Part shown: positions 11,101 to 22,625 of the stretch, piece after piece
Layout: the number at the start of each line of letters is the position of its first letter
Position numbering within the stretch: the first letter of the stretch is position 1
Origin: Folioceros fuciformis
Taxonomy: Eukaryota
DNA: 41,005 nt
Assembly (NCBI GenBank): GCA_049999805.1
Contig: JBNGIO010006272.1
Location: 147,638-188,642 of the forward strand
Direction of reading: 5' to 3'
Program-made: the position numbers and the translations under genes
The notes under the pieces: model-generated
The model's database searches: none
Told to the model about the DNA's origin: nothing
What the model saw: only the letters and a program-made list of their open reading frames with translations

Positions 11101-12335
11101 ATCAAGACCTCAATCCAGTGTGGAACCAAAGCTTTGTGTTCCACGAGGTAATTGGAGAGTATTTAAAGCTGAGGTGCTATGATGCGGACTGGTTTGGGGA
11201 CGAGAACCTTGGAAGTGCACGTGTGAATCTTCAAGGCTTAGAGGATGGTAAAGCCAAGGAGGTTTGGGTACCTTTGGAAAAAATCAAACAAGGAGAAATC
11301 AAACTGAAGATCGAGGTGGTAGATCCTGGGTCTGAATATGATGACTCTCAGGTAACTTGCGTAACTTTATTTTGTTCTCGCTTTATGTGATGCAGTACGG
11401 TATTGCAGTCCTGACTGGAAATTTTTCTGTTATGTAGAATGGCCGTATGGAGGAGAACGGGACACTCTCAAGTCGTGGCGGGATGGTAGAGATTGTCCTA
11501 GTGGAAGGTAGAGACTTGATCGCAGCCGATTGGGGTGGAACCAGTGATCCTTATGTTAGTGTCCGATATGGGAACACCAAGAAGAGAACTAAGGTATGGT
11601 CTGTGCTTTGTAAGGAGGTTTGTAAGGAGGTTTGCCCCCTTAGTTCACCCAATTTGAAGATGTGCTGGAGTGTGGCCAGTGCTGATTTTTGTTCTTTGGC
11701 AGGTGGTTCACAAAACATTGGCGCCCCAATGGAATCAAACCGTGGAGTTCTGCGATGACGGAAGTCCTCTGGTACTCCATGTGAAAGACTATAACGCCAT
11801 AATGCCAACCACAAGCCTTGGTTATTGCGAGGTTGATTATCAGAGAATGGGCTTCAACAAGACTGAGGACAAATGGATTCCCTTGCACAGAGTTAACAAG
11901 GGAGAGATTCGTGTACAGATTACACGGCGAGTTGCAGACAAGGAATTGAAGGCAAATGTTCCTGCACCTTCCAAAAACGTGCAGTCCACTGGAAACATAA
12001 AGCTTCAAAGGACTTCAGGAAAAGTAAGTGCACCCCAAACTCCAAGCAGGAGATCTTGTAGCAGCACTTTCTGTACCGATATTTTTCATCACCGTCCTCC
12101 CAGTGGATGGCGCATCTGACACTTGAAGTGTTAAGTGCAGATTCGTGCTTTGATGCAGAAGGTACAGGCTTTAGCGGAAGAGGAAGGGGATCAAGATGAA
12201 ATCCGGCAGATGCTGGAGGAATTGGAAACTGTAGAAGAGGAACGGGAATCCTTGGCTTTGCAGCTGCTGAAGGAGAGGGACTTGCTTGTGGGCAAGGTGA
12301 AGGAACTGGAGTTAGCCATGAACGGGCTAATCTAA
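8193..12335 (+). CDS. SYT6: Synaptotagmin-like protein (N-terminal TM, SMP, three C2 domains, C-terminal coiled coil), SYT6/SYTF type, ~14 exons
   Basis: LAWFVERWIAPLSNLIPL-type TM; ESCEWLNKL; LPEVKIGLAFGSG...PATELPAVSSWL; LVEPRRRCFALPAVDL; C2 motifs GKSDPYLKL, NQDLNPVWNQ, GTSDPYVSVRYG, KTLAPQWNQ; acidic coiled-coil tail; TAA at 12335. Confidence 0.9.
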
Positions 12336-13047
12336 GAACTGATCTTGGTATCCCTGGGAGTAATCCTGGGAGTACTAGCACTCCAAGGCATTCCACTGAA
12401 GCTGTCAGCCTCTTTATATCTGGAGCATTGCTTGATCAACCCCCAATGGTTCCAAATTGTTGGTTCAGCAAGCCCGGGATAACGGATCATTCTTTTGCGA
12501 CGTGCAAGAGCTATTCTGGTTAGTTCCCGCAGGATATTGCAAGACCCTAGGTACTCTGCGGACGCAGAGCGCCCTTCAATAGTTTCTCAGCTAACGTCTG
12601 ACGGAGGCGGTGACCATTGTTTGGTTCCATTCACTAGTTTGTGAGCCGTCTCTTGTGCACTCGGTCAGTGTTTTGACATTTTTGACAGCTCTCCTTCAGA
12701 AGAGCTTTTGGAAACGTGTTGGAAACGTTGAAAACACAGATCAATGTTTCCAGCGTAAGGCAAATAAATCGAACAGATAGAAACAATGAGTTAAAGACAC
12801 CAGAGGCAAGAAATATTTTAAAGGAATAGGAGTTGACGACAGCAGAGTAGTCTTCTAGAAGGCAAATATATTCAAGTACAGAGAAAGAGAGAATGAGTTA
12901 AAGACGGTCGTCTACAAGAAATAGGAGATGCTGTGGAAAAAGCATGAGCTGAAGACATAAAAGTAATCTTCAAGAAAGAATATTGAGTTAGGTACATCAG
13001 AGAGGTGAAACGAGGAGTTAAAGCCATCAGACCTAAGAACGATGGTC

Positions 13048-13266
13048 AGAAGCAGAAGAGGGTCACAAGAGAATGTGAAGGGCAGGTGGAACAACAATGG
13101 TGGGACGCGGAGGAGGGTCACAACAGATTGTGAAAGNNNNNNNNNNAACAACAATGGTGGGACGCGGAGGAGGGTCACAACAGATTGTGAAAGGCAAGTA
13201 CAACAACAATGGTTGGAAGCAGAAGAGGGTCACGAGAGAAGAAGGTGAAAGGCAAGTAGAATAACA
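13048..13266. repeat. ~55-bp degenerate tandem repeat overlapping the LLG stop codon
   Basis: Recurring gagggtcac...gtgaaaggcaagta.aacaacaatgg units, at least 4 copies, interrupted by an N gap. Confidence 0.8.
13137..13146. other. Assembly gap (10 N)
   Basis: Run of N flanked by an identical 47-nt sequence (13090-13136 and 13147-13193). Confidence 0.99.
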
Positions 13267-13959
13267 GTAGCGGCTGAACCCCTTATGAGAGGAGCTGCGC
13301 TACTTGGATGTGGTGCTGGAGCAGGAGCGGGCGCCAAAGCAGGACACGGCAACCCATTGTCTCTGTCTCCAAATTGTTGGCAAAGTGTTTGAAAAAATCC
13401 AGGAGGATAATTGCCAGAATAATCGAGGTAGCTGAAAAACCGCGTAGAGCAGTCAGTGGTGTCGTCGTCCACGTAAACAACGTAGACAGGGCAAAGGAAG
13501 TTCACGAGGGCAGTGCAACAGCCCATTGCAGTGTAAGTAGTGGTGTTGCAGACGCTTGTAATAGGAGTGTAGTCCACGCCGGCAAAGTTTAAAGAGCACG
13601 CTGTTCAACGGAGAAGAAATGAGCTTCCAACATCACAAGAGCAATCTCAGCATTCAGAAACGAACCAGGTGAGAGAACCAACGTGTCTTTGACTGCAGCA
13701 ATCGTCGCTGAGAAAACACAGCGGCATCACGCCCTGTCGTCACGAACAGGCCCCGCGGTTCAGCCATCGGAAAAGGACGTGGAATCACACAATACACAAA
13801 CGGTCTCAACAGGTTTCAGTTCTCGCCAGCCAGATCTTTACCATCCCAGGACGAGGACGAGGACTCTGAATCAGCTCCCACCCCCGGGCTCAAGGCGAGA
13901 AGCAACAGAACGGAGAGGAGAACGAGGCGGCCTGAATCAAGATGGAGCGTCAGAAACAT
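13230..13959 (-). CDS. LLG: LORELEI-like GPI-anchored protein; exons 13959-13842, 13733-13683, 13600-13230
   Basis: Signal peptide (RLVLLSVLLLLALSPGVGA), RRLLQSKT|PCSLNF, 8-Cys domain (DYTPITSVC...CC...CP...DCSTRFFSYLDYSGNYPPGFF...C...CP), AP-rich linker, SSA omega region and hydrophobic tail. Confidence 0.85.
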
Positions 13960-14347
13960 AATGCACACGCTAGGCGGGAGCTACGACGCCTCACAGCAGG
14001 GCAACAGTGCAAAGGGGAAGTAGGATCTGGATTCGAAGCAGCCACCAAGATGCGCGGACGATGCCATAGCCCACGGCTGAAGCCGCTCAGTTCTTCCGGA
14101 AGACGCGCAGAACGGTACGCGGGTCAATGTCGAACCTCCGGGTGATCAACCAATGCCTTGTGATTCGTCCATAAAATAGATGACTCCGACGTGTAGTGTA
14201 AAGCTTGAGAAATCCATCCAATACCAGGCTGGAGAGGCGTGAAAATGAGAAACTTCGTGCTACAAGGGAATGGAGTCTGCGTGCTTCAGTAAGTTCGTCT
14301 TTGGAGTCTTTCGGTGCCCGGAAGCAATCTGCTGCGGGCAGCGCGCT

Positions 14348-15235
14348 ATGAGGCAGTGCTTGCTGCGGTCGGCGAGATCCTTGTGCGGGGCGCAGGCGGC
14401 GGCGGGGAACGTTGCTGGCTGTGCAGCATTTGCATTTGCAGCTGGAGGAGGAGTGAGCGAGGGAGGTTTAGGCTTGTTGCAGCGGCGGCGCCCGCATGTC
14501 TCGTTTTTGCGGACGGTGGCGGGGTGGGACGGAGTAGGGATCAGCTGGCGCCGGGAGCTGGCGCGGCCCTGCTCCGAGCTGCAGCAAGTGAGGGGGCTGT
14601 CGTGGAAGAAGCCCAAGGCAGAGAAGCCGGTAGGGAAGAAGATCGGGGCGCCGCGTGGCCCGCTCTGGAGGACCAGGAAGTCCGTGAGCAAGGAGGTGGT
14701 GCAGGCGGTGCAGGAGCTGAAGCGGGCTCATGTGCGGAGGGAGGAGGCGGAGCTGGCGCAGGTGTACAAAACCCGCGTCTCGCGGTTGCTCAAGATTGAC
14801 CTCATCGGGGTGCTGCACGAGCTGCAGCGGCAGAACGAAATTGAGCTTACCGTGAGGACGTTCCAGCACATGCGGAAGGAGGCATGGTACAAGCCTGACG
14901 CGTTTCTCTACCGGGACTTGCTGGATTGTCTGGCGCGCAACAAGGCGGTGGCGAAGTTGGAGGAGGTCTGGAGCATTTTGGAGTCGGAGACCACGGCTGA
15001 GCTGGTGAATTGGACCGAGCTGGTTGGCGGATATCTTAGAAATGGCATGTTTGACAAGGCTGTGGAGGCATTTGAGAAGATGAAGGCGTCCGGCATTGAG
15101 CCCGACCACTTCACCTACTCCATTTTGATCAAGGCTTTGTGGAAGGCAGAACAGTTTGAAGTTGCCTCCAAGTATAGGGATGAGAGGATGAAGGCTTTTC
15201 CGGAAATGGATGCCAGTCTCAGGATCCCCGCCTGA
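14348..15235 (+). CDS. THA8L: THA8-like short PPR protein, intronless (upstream in-frame ATG at 14270 also possible)
   Basis: PRGPLWR...SKEVVQAVQELKR, SRLLKIDLIGVLHELQRQNE, WYKPDAFLYRDLL and PPR motif GIEPDHFTYSILIKAL. Arg/Ala-rich organellar presequence. Confidence 0.85.
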   Translation: MRQCLLRSARSLCGAQAAAGNVAGCAAFAFAAGGGVSEGGLGLLQRRRPHVSFLRTVAGWDGVGISWRRELARPCSELQQVRGLSWKKPKAEKPVGKKIGAPRGPLWRTRKSVSKEVVQAVQELKRAHVRREEAELAQVYKTRVSRLLKIDLIGVLHELQRQNEIELTVRTFQHMRKEAWYKPDAFLYRDLLDCLARNKAVAKLEEVWSILESETTAELVNWTELVGGYLRNGMFDKAVEAFEKMKASGIEPDHFTYSILIKALWKAEQFEVASKYRDERMKAFPEMDASLRIPA

Positions 15236-15604
15236 ATATCAAGGCTTGAGCGACTCTCCACCCTAGTTCCACGCCTGGCCTGGTTGAGCAACGCTAGAAA
15301 TTTGTCCAGCACGTTATGTCTTTGGACAATTTCTAGCCTTGCTCAGCTCATGTTTTGGTCAAGCTCTCGCATGATACACACTTGTTCCACAGTAATGGTT
15401 GGAAGCATGCACAGGCAGCAAATTTTCATTCAGCGACAAAAATCGAAATGTAGTTTCAACTTTTATTTCAAAATCTGCCTAGAGTTGTCACAATCGAAAG
15501 CCTAAATCGCTGGGCTTGAAAAATCGGTGGCCTACATCAACATAAGCCACTCCGAACCCATCTTGATAACAAACTGGATATCGCAGCTTTACAAGAGATA
15601 TGTG

Positions 15605-18600
15605 TTAGTGCTGCCTCCGGCGATACACGCCATCACGGATTTCCAGTTTTTCCTCAGAGATAAGACGGGCCAGGAAGCTCTGGAGTTGCGGCAAAGTCTT
15701 GTCGTATGGAGGGTCAGACACGAACATCTGCATGGAGAGTATTCCAAAGTCAAGATTGCTGGGCGTCATCCGTGAGATGGAAGGAAACGCGAAAAAGAAT
15801 TTACCTTGAGCATGTTGTGGATCCTATCCAGTGCTAGAGACTCGAAGTTTGTTAGCATTCCCACCACATATGACTGCACCAAAGGAAATGGTTAGGTCCA
15901 CTAAGCTGAGGGCAGCTGCAGCGTCCAGCTGAGTCAGACAACAGACCTCATATACATTCATCTCCTGCTGCCACTGATCTTCCACTGATGCCACAGCACT
16001 ATCCCCTTCCTCGTCTCCCAGAAGAGGAAGTGCTGCAGCACCACCCATGGAAGCCACGCCGCCTCCAGCATCTCCAATGGTTTCAATGATTGTGTACACC
16101 AGCTCTTCTTCATTTCCTCCTCTGGATTCTATGAGGACCCCCTACACAGCGTTGCACAATTTAGAGTAAGAACGCTTTAAGAACTGGGTGGCTGCCATGC
16201 AGAGCAGTGCTGTAAGAGTCACCTGATTGACCCAGAGCATGATGCGCTTGCGTAAGGAGCTCACAGACACACCAACAGCCGATGCAAGGTCTGCTGCTAG
16301 CCACCTGCATTCAAGACAACAGGTGAAGTTCATGTATCCATGACAGCTTCATTGCTTACTGTGGCACTGGATCCTACCTGGACTGTTGTTCAAACTGCAT
16401 GATGATCGCAGCATGAACTGGGGAGACAACATATTGGGCTGATCGATCTTCAAATTGCAGCTCCAGCTGGAATGCAAATATGCAACAGAACAGCCACAAG
16501 TCTGAGGAATAAACCTCCAAGAGTCTAAATCAAGAAGGCAAACTCTGGAAGGAAACTCGACAAACCTTGACTGTGCCCAAATGTTTCTTCCACTGTAGTT
16601 TACGAGGAGCCTTCAAGGCATGATATCTCTCTGCATAGCTGTCAAGTAGCTTGTCCACAGCTTCAGGTACCTTAATTGTTTCAGCCTGTTGTTATGGTCA
16701 TCGTGCCATGTGACTTGTAAGTTTGACTTACCTTAGCCATGTCAAAACACCACCAGGATAAATTCCTTCCTCTCACACTCCTCAAAACCCAACCGAAGAC
16801 ACGAAACAGGTTCACACATTGCATGGCGTCATAGTCACCTGAAATGGAGGCCAGAAAAGAGCGGAAATTATGGATGCATCAACAATATCCAATGAAAGAC
16901 CTCCATCTGCAGCTCCAGCTGACTCGATCCTTTCAGGCACAGACGCTGTTTGTACTGGAGTTGCTTGTCTGAGGCGATTTTCAGAGAGCACAATCGAAGC
17001 TGCAGACGTTCCTAAAGCAGTATCGAGCCCCGTACCGATTCCAGGAGGAGGACCAGGTGCCAGTGCGCTGCCAATGGGAGCCTTGATATTGGAGTTGATC
17101 CGCTTAGAATCCGCTACATCCTTCAGCATGATCTCACAGCTATGCATGTTGTGCTCTCCAAACCGCAACTATTGTTGGAAAATAGGGAAATCAGCAAATG
17201 TAAGAGGTCTCTTGCAATTGCACAAACGTAAAGGAATGTAAAAGTAGAGTGCAACCTTCAGCAGCTCCAGTGTGCGAATCTCTCGGTCTGTATCATAGTC
17301 AGACTTATTAAGCAGCTTCTCTGCCAACATAACCCGGTACTCATTCACAAAGAGCTCTTTTGAGCCATATATGCCGACCAGCATACTGATAATATCCATG
17401 AGTCTTCGGCTTTTGCTTGTTCGTGAAGGATCCGCGTCAATAGGATCAGGCTCCCACCTGGCACCAACAAAGAGGAATCAGTGTTTGTGAGAGAACATAC
17501 ATCAAAATGCTACCAAATGATATAAACATCCACCTTTCAGCAGCTGCCCAAGCCTCTTCACCGTCGACATCACCATCATCTTCACTGTCAATGTTGTCCA
17601 CAGCAGACACACCCCTACTCAGTTCTTCAAACAAACTCTCTCCCACAACACCTGGTACACTGCCGCTGCCTCCACTGGTATCATCAGTGAGCATAGTCAC
17701 TATGCACCTAATAGTATCCTTCCTTCCCCGTAAATACTCCTTGATAGGCTCGCCGACTGCCTCAAGTACCACTCCCGTGGGGTCCATTGTACGCAAAGCT
17801 TTTATGGTTGACACATACTGCAGCAAAATATCCGTTGTTGCTGCACCAGCAGTCAACAGCCGTTGGCGCAATGCAGATCGGAAGGAGTGCACCAGCTTCG
17901 AATGCTGGCCAGTATTTTGCAAACACTTTTGTAGGTCTTCAATGGCTGCCATGCTGCTCACGGGCAAAACTTTTCAGCTAAACAAGGAAGTACTACAGCG
18001 AGCTTTAGACTTCAGAAAAAAAAAAACTTATTAGAATGGCAAACAGCAGATCAGCACCTCTCGGGGTAGTCAACAATGATGTCGAAAAGCTCACTGATCC
18101 TCAAATCTCCAAGTGTCTCGTATGCAAAAAATTGGAGTCGTAATTGCCACCGAATGATCCGCTCATTTGACACATCTCTACCTCCAGACACCAGTGGAGA
18201 TAATAATGAAAGTGGACCACGAAACTCATGAGTGCTAGGAGCCGAAGATGCCAGAATGACGGATATGAAACACAGGGGGACAGCCTGCCAAGAGATATAT
18301 TAGGTTCAATAACTCGTACAATGGCAAAAATCCAAGAAACTATGAAACCTGGCAAAAGGTATTGCAAAGTAGGCAAGGATATGAACCAACCTCAATCCAC
18401 TGACATATGGGACCCAAAACAGGCTTCTCATAATGCTTATCGGCAACAGCCAGGATCTTCTTCTGCAAGACACATCAACAAGGGCATTTGTGTACAACTT
18501 AGCCCAATGACTTAGGGGCCTCAGTTGCAAGACTGGCTGAAAGGTGGATAAGCTTGTTGTCCGACGTACAAATAGATACCTTTAAGAGGGAGTATACTGC

Positions 18601-19967
18601 TGACGCATAGCCATCTTCGCTCATTGCAGCAAATCCAAGTTCTCGAAGGCATCGCACCACATTGCCAATTCCCATCACCCAAGCTTCACCAGCAACGTTA
18701 ATGATTTCCTCCATGGTGGCCCCCGCACCAAGCTTGTAGTGGCCAGCAGGATAGTTGATCCCTTCCATCTCCTGCACAACATCGTCTTCATCTCCCACCG
18801 TTCCCTTCTGATGGTCATGAGGACTTTGGCCCATAACATACATTTCTTCTGAGACTCTAGATGTTCCCCTGCTACTCTGCTGGCTTTCCATCTCTTCGTC
18901 CTCATCAGCGCTAAGTGCTGCATCTAGAGGAGTCGATTCACCATCCTCTTCACTCTCCCCACTTGCTTGAGAACTTCGTGACTGGTTTTTAACCAACTTG
19001 CTGAATTCATCCAGTCGTCCCTTGAAGTACAAGTTTAGTATCTCTGCACAGAACATCTTTGTGCTGAGCGTTGCACCAACTGCGCGATACTGAACAAACA
19101 CACCTGACTGCTCAGGCATTTGCTTCGCAAACGTACCAGAAAAATATTTTGAAGCACTTGCAAGGAGAAGTGCAGTCACGTTGGTTTGATACTGTGAGAG
19201 CAAATAAGAGAAATCTTGAGAGCGTGCAGGTCCCTCATCTGCAGCTTGCAACTTGGGCCTCATGGCAAGGACCAAGACTGCAAGGCATGCCTCTTGAGAC
19301 AACTTGACAGTGCACAACTCCGAAAGGCTTTTTTGAAGAGCAGATTGCACCCATCCATCGAGCTGCATCAAATGTCAGGGGTCAATCTTTCCTCCGCCTG
19401 AAGTGGACCCGGAATACCGCAGCACAAATTCCCAGCAGAGTTGAGCGCAGCACAGCATGTTGATGGTAACCAGCCATCCAGCTGCAACAACATAGAGCAG
19501 CTGATCACGGTTCCTCCTCCTCTCTTCTGAGCACAAAATGCACAGCTGTAGAGGCAATGACAACTTGCCTTGGCCAACCCAGCAGCACTCCTCTGCGCTT
19601 CTGCCATCAAGTCAGTGAAATCTTCAAAATGACTCCAAAACCTCGAAACGTGCTGCTTGAACAATTTCTGCGCCAAATCCGAAACCGCATTGAAAAGCAC
19701 GGCCTTGTCAGTCACAACCAAAGGTTCAAAAGTCCCACCCAACCGAATCCTGACCTCCAGAGAGTCCATGAAGTGCCCGGATACGAGATAGCCCATATCA
19801 TGCTCGCAGAGCAGCTCCAGGTTCCGGCGAAACTCCCCGTTGCAGAGCTCCTCTGCCTCCTGCTTGGATAGAACCTCCGAAGCCTCAGCCTTGGAGAACA
19901 GGGCGCTGGCATGGCGGGAATACGCCTGCCATGCATGTGCTGTGAGCACCAGCCGAACCTTGTCCAT
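15605..19967 (-). CDS. APC2: Anaphase-promoting complex subunit 2 (cullin-like), multi-exon
   Basis: RLLTAGAATTDILLQYVSTIKALRTMDPTGV...YLRGRKDTIRCIV, WEPDPIDADP, GIYGSKELFVNEYR, RFGEHNMHSCEIMLKDVADSKRIN, PRKLQWKKHLGTV, LDRIHNMLK|MFV; TAA at 15607-15605. Start codon 19967 is inferred. Confidence 0.93.
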
Positions 19968-20452
19968 CTCCCGCCACCACGAATCCAATCCACTCCGCCA
20001 GCCAACCTTCACCAATTCCAGCTCCCGAAACCTACGTCTCTTTCAACCAAGGCCCCAAGGAGGCGGAAACGCTTCGCCGCTGCCCCTGGAAATATTGCCG
20101 TGTGAACGGGCCGAGAAGGACGAGATCTTGCGAGATGGAACACAAGCTTGCCATACCCTTCCGTCGCCGAATCAGGCTGGCCGTGAATTTTCCACTGCAC
20201 CTACACATTGTCGGAATGAAATTTTTGAGCCTGGTGTCCCGCAATTTCTCCCTGCAAAGATAGGGGGCAGGAAATGCATCGATCCATGGCTCTTCAGTCC
20301 GCATCCGCCAAGGACTTCGTGTACTGCGTCGCGTGATCGAGCGCAGGGATTAGGGTTGTGCGGTGATGGATGGTTGCCAGAGTTGGGAATTGTATGGCGA
20401 TCGTGGTCGCAAGCGGGCATGAGGAGAAACAGCATCGCGACTAAGGGAGTAG

Positions 20453-22129
20453 ATGAGAGGACTGCAGACTCGTGCAAGGGCGGCTTGGCTGGCTCTAGCA
20501 TCTCCGCTGGTGGGGTGGAGCGGGGGGAGAATCCAACCTGCTGGACGTTACGAGAAGAAATGTGCAGCCAGGATGCTATACTGCTCTTCCCGGCGTGTTG
20601 TCGGGGGCCAGCAATGTCTGAGGCGTCTCAGCCTGGTGGAGCCTCCCAAGCTGCAGCGGTGCATGAAGGAGAGGTTCCAGCCGGTTGCTGCAACCAGCAC
20701 GCAGGCTGCGTCCAGCAGTGGATGGGGAATGGGTGAGTCTACCAAAGATTCTGCCCCCTCTTCTTACTCGGAGGCGGATGAGGCAAAGGAGGAGGCTATG
20801 ATGTATCGTCGCACCGTGTACGAGCACGCAGACTGGATCCGGCACAGGAGCAGCGCAAGGCACGTGCGACACATCGTGTCCATATTCTCCTCCAGGGTGG
20901 TTCACGCTCTAGGCTTGCCCGTGTTTGCGCTCACCACATTCGCGGCTTGGGTAGCAGTCTTCAATCTGGCTGTTCTGGGAGGCCACCTGCCTTCGTGGGT
21001 GCCTTTGCTGCAGGTATATACGTAATTCCGTCCCGACTGTGGTAGGTGATGGTAAGCATCCAATTCTTGTCCAGTCCTGATGTTGCTCCGGTTTGCGCTT
21101 GTGGTAGGTGTCGTCCCTTCCGTTTCAGCTTACAGCCCCTGCGCTGGCCCTACTTCTGGTTTTTAGGACAAACTCTTCCTACGGACGCTTTGACGAAGCC
21201 AGAAAGGCCTGGGGCATGAACGTGAACCGCTCCATGGACCTTGCCAGGCAGGCTCTGACATGGATGCACCGACCGTCAGATGCTGAGAGACTCAAGGAGC
21301 TCCTGCGCCACACGGTGAGCTGACATGTTACCTGATCCCACGTCAAAGATGCTCACGATATTGCACTGCGTACTAATCGACCGGCAGGGACTGTTGTAGG
21401 TAGCCTTTTCCCACTGCCTGAAGCACCATCTGGATGCAGAAGAGGGCTTAGAGGCAGCGCTTCAATCCCTCCTTCAGAAAGACGAGGTAGATGCCATCGT
21501 AGCTGCTCCTCACCGACCCCATTACGTCCTTCAGAAGCTGACAGACATCATCGACAGCTCCGACATGATCCAGATGCACAAAGTCCTCATGGCAAGTTCC
21601 AAACCACCCTTCCGTTCCCGACACCTTCCTTCCTAACCACCACCTTCGTCTCACTCCCGCATTGCATCGACCCCGTGATGTGCAGGACGCCAACTTAACC
21701 CAGCTGCACGACGTCGTGGGCTCATGCGAGCGGATCTACAGGACTCCTATTCCGTTATCCTACACCCGCCTGACCTCCCGCTTCCTCGTCTTCTGGCACC
21801 TAGCGCTGCCCATGGCGCTGTGGGACGACTGCAACTGGTACATCGTACCGGCTGTATGCTTCAGCTCGGGCACGCTCTTCTGCATCGAAGAGGTAAGCCC
21901 GCTCCACTCTCCTGCACCCCTCTAGTAACCTTCATCCTGCCTCACATAACATCTTCCACCATCGCCACTGTGTGCACAGGTGGGAGTGATCATCGAGGAG
22001 CCCTTCTCCATCCTGGCCCTGGGCCACATGTGCCTCTCTGTACGCCAAAACGTGGATAACCTCGTTCGCGCCTCTGAATTTGTTAAACACCAACGCTGTG
22101 CATCAGCGAGGGCAGGAAGCAAAGCCTGA
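20453..22129 (+). CDS. VCCN1: Bestrophin-like anion channel (VCCN/UPF0187 family); exons 20453-21013, 21108-21314, 21400-21591, 21686-21892, 21980-22129
   Basis: RTVYEHADWIRHRSS, SLPFQLTAPALALLLVFRTNSSYGRFDEARKAWG, GSCERIYRTPIPLSYTRLTSRFL, FCIEEVGVIIEEPF. Intron 3 is GC-AG. Family is secure; exact paralogue is not. Confidence 0.9.
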
Positions 22130-22625
22130 AGGACAAACTCCAGGGCACCGAAGCCCCGGGAACGCGATGCCCGCCTTCCCTGATCCGCAAACACCAAGCG
22201 CGAGAACCCGGAAAGGCCACTCTTCTCGCCGGCAACCAGGGTCGTGGAAGTGCACCCGTGTGCCGTGCAAAGCAGCGAGATGGATCTGCGACCAACCCGG
22301 AAACGACGATGGCCCTACCAGTCACGACATGGAAGAAGTCCAGGTGAAAGTACAGTACCTCAAAGGCCAACAGAGAGCTAAATGAGGAAAATAAAGGCTC
22401 ATAAAAGAATCCCCTAAATTAGAAAAACGCCCCTCTCCAAGTAAACTTTATCTCCTTTGTTCTGCCAAGGTCCAAGGAAAAGACAGGCTATTTAAGCAGG
22501 CGCGCTCCCCCTATTTTCCTCCACACAGTCTTTGCTGTGTAAAAAAGTTCTCTGCAAAACCAGTCAGTGGTTCAGTATAGTTTTGGGCCCTCCTTTGGTG
22601 CTCTTACGCCTCTTGCACGGTAGAC

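Noticed and set aside
14260-15109. Long antisense and alternate-frame ORFs over THA8L (similar ones over CWC24, CDC73, LTV1 and SelO)
   Set aside because: Shadow ORFs expected from high-GC3 coding sequence.
19840-20736. 298-aa plus-strand ORF spanning the APC2/bestrophin promoter
   Set aside because: Non-ATG start, overlaps two real genes in other frames and has no recognisable domain.
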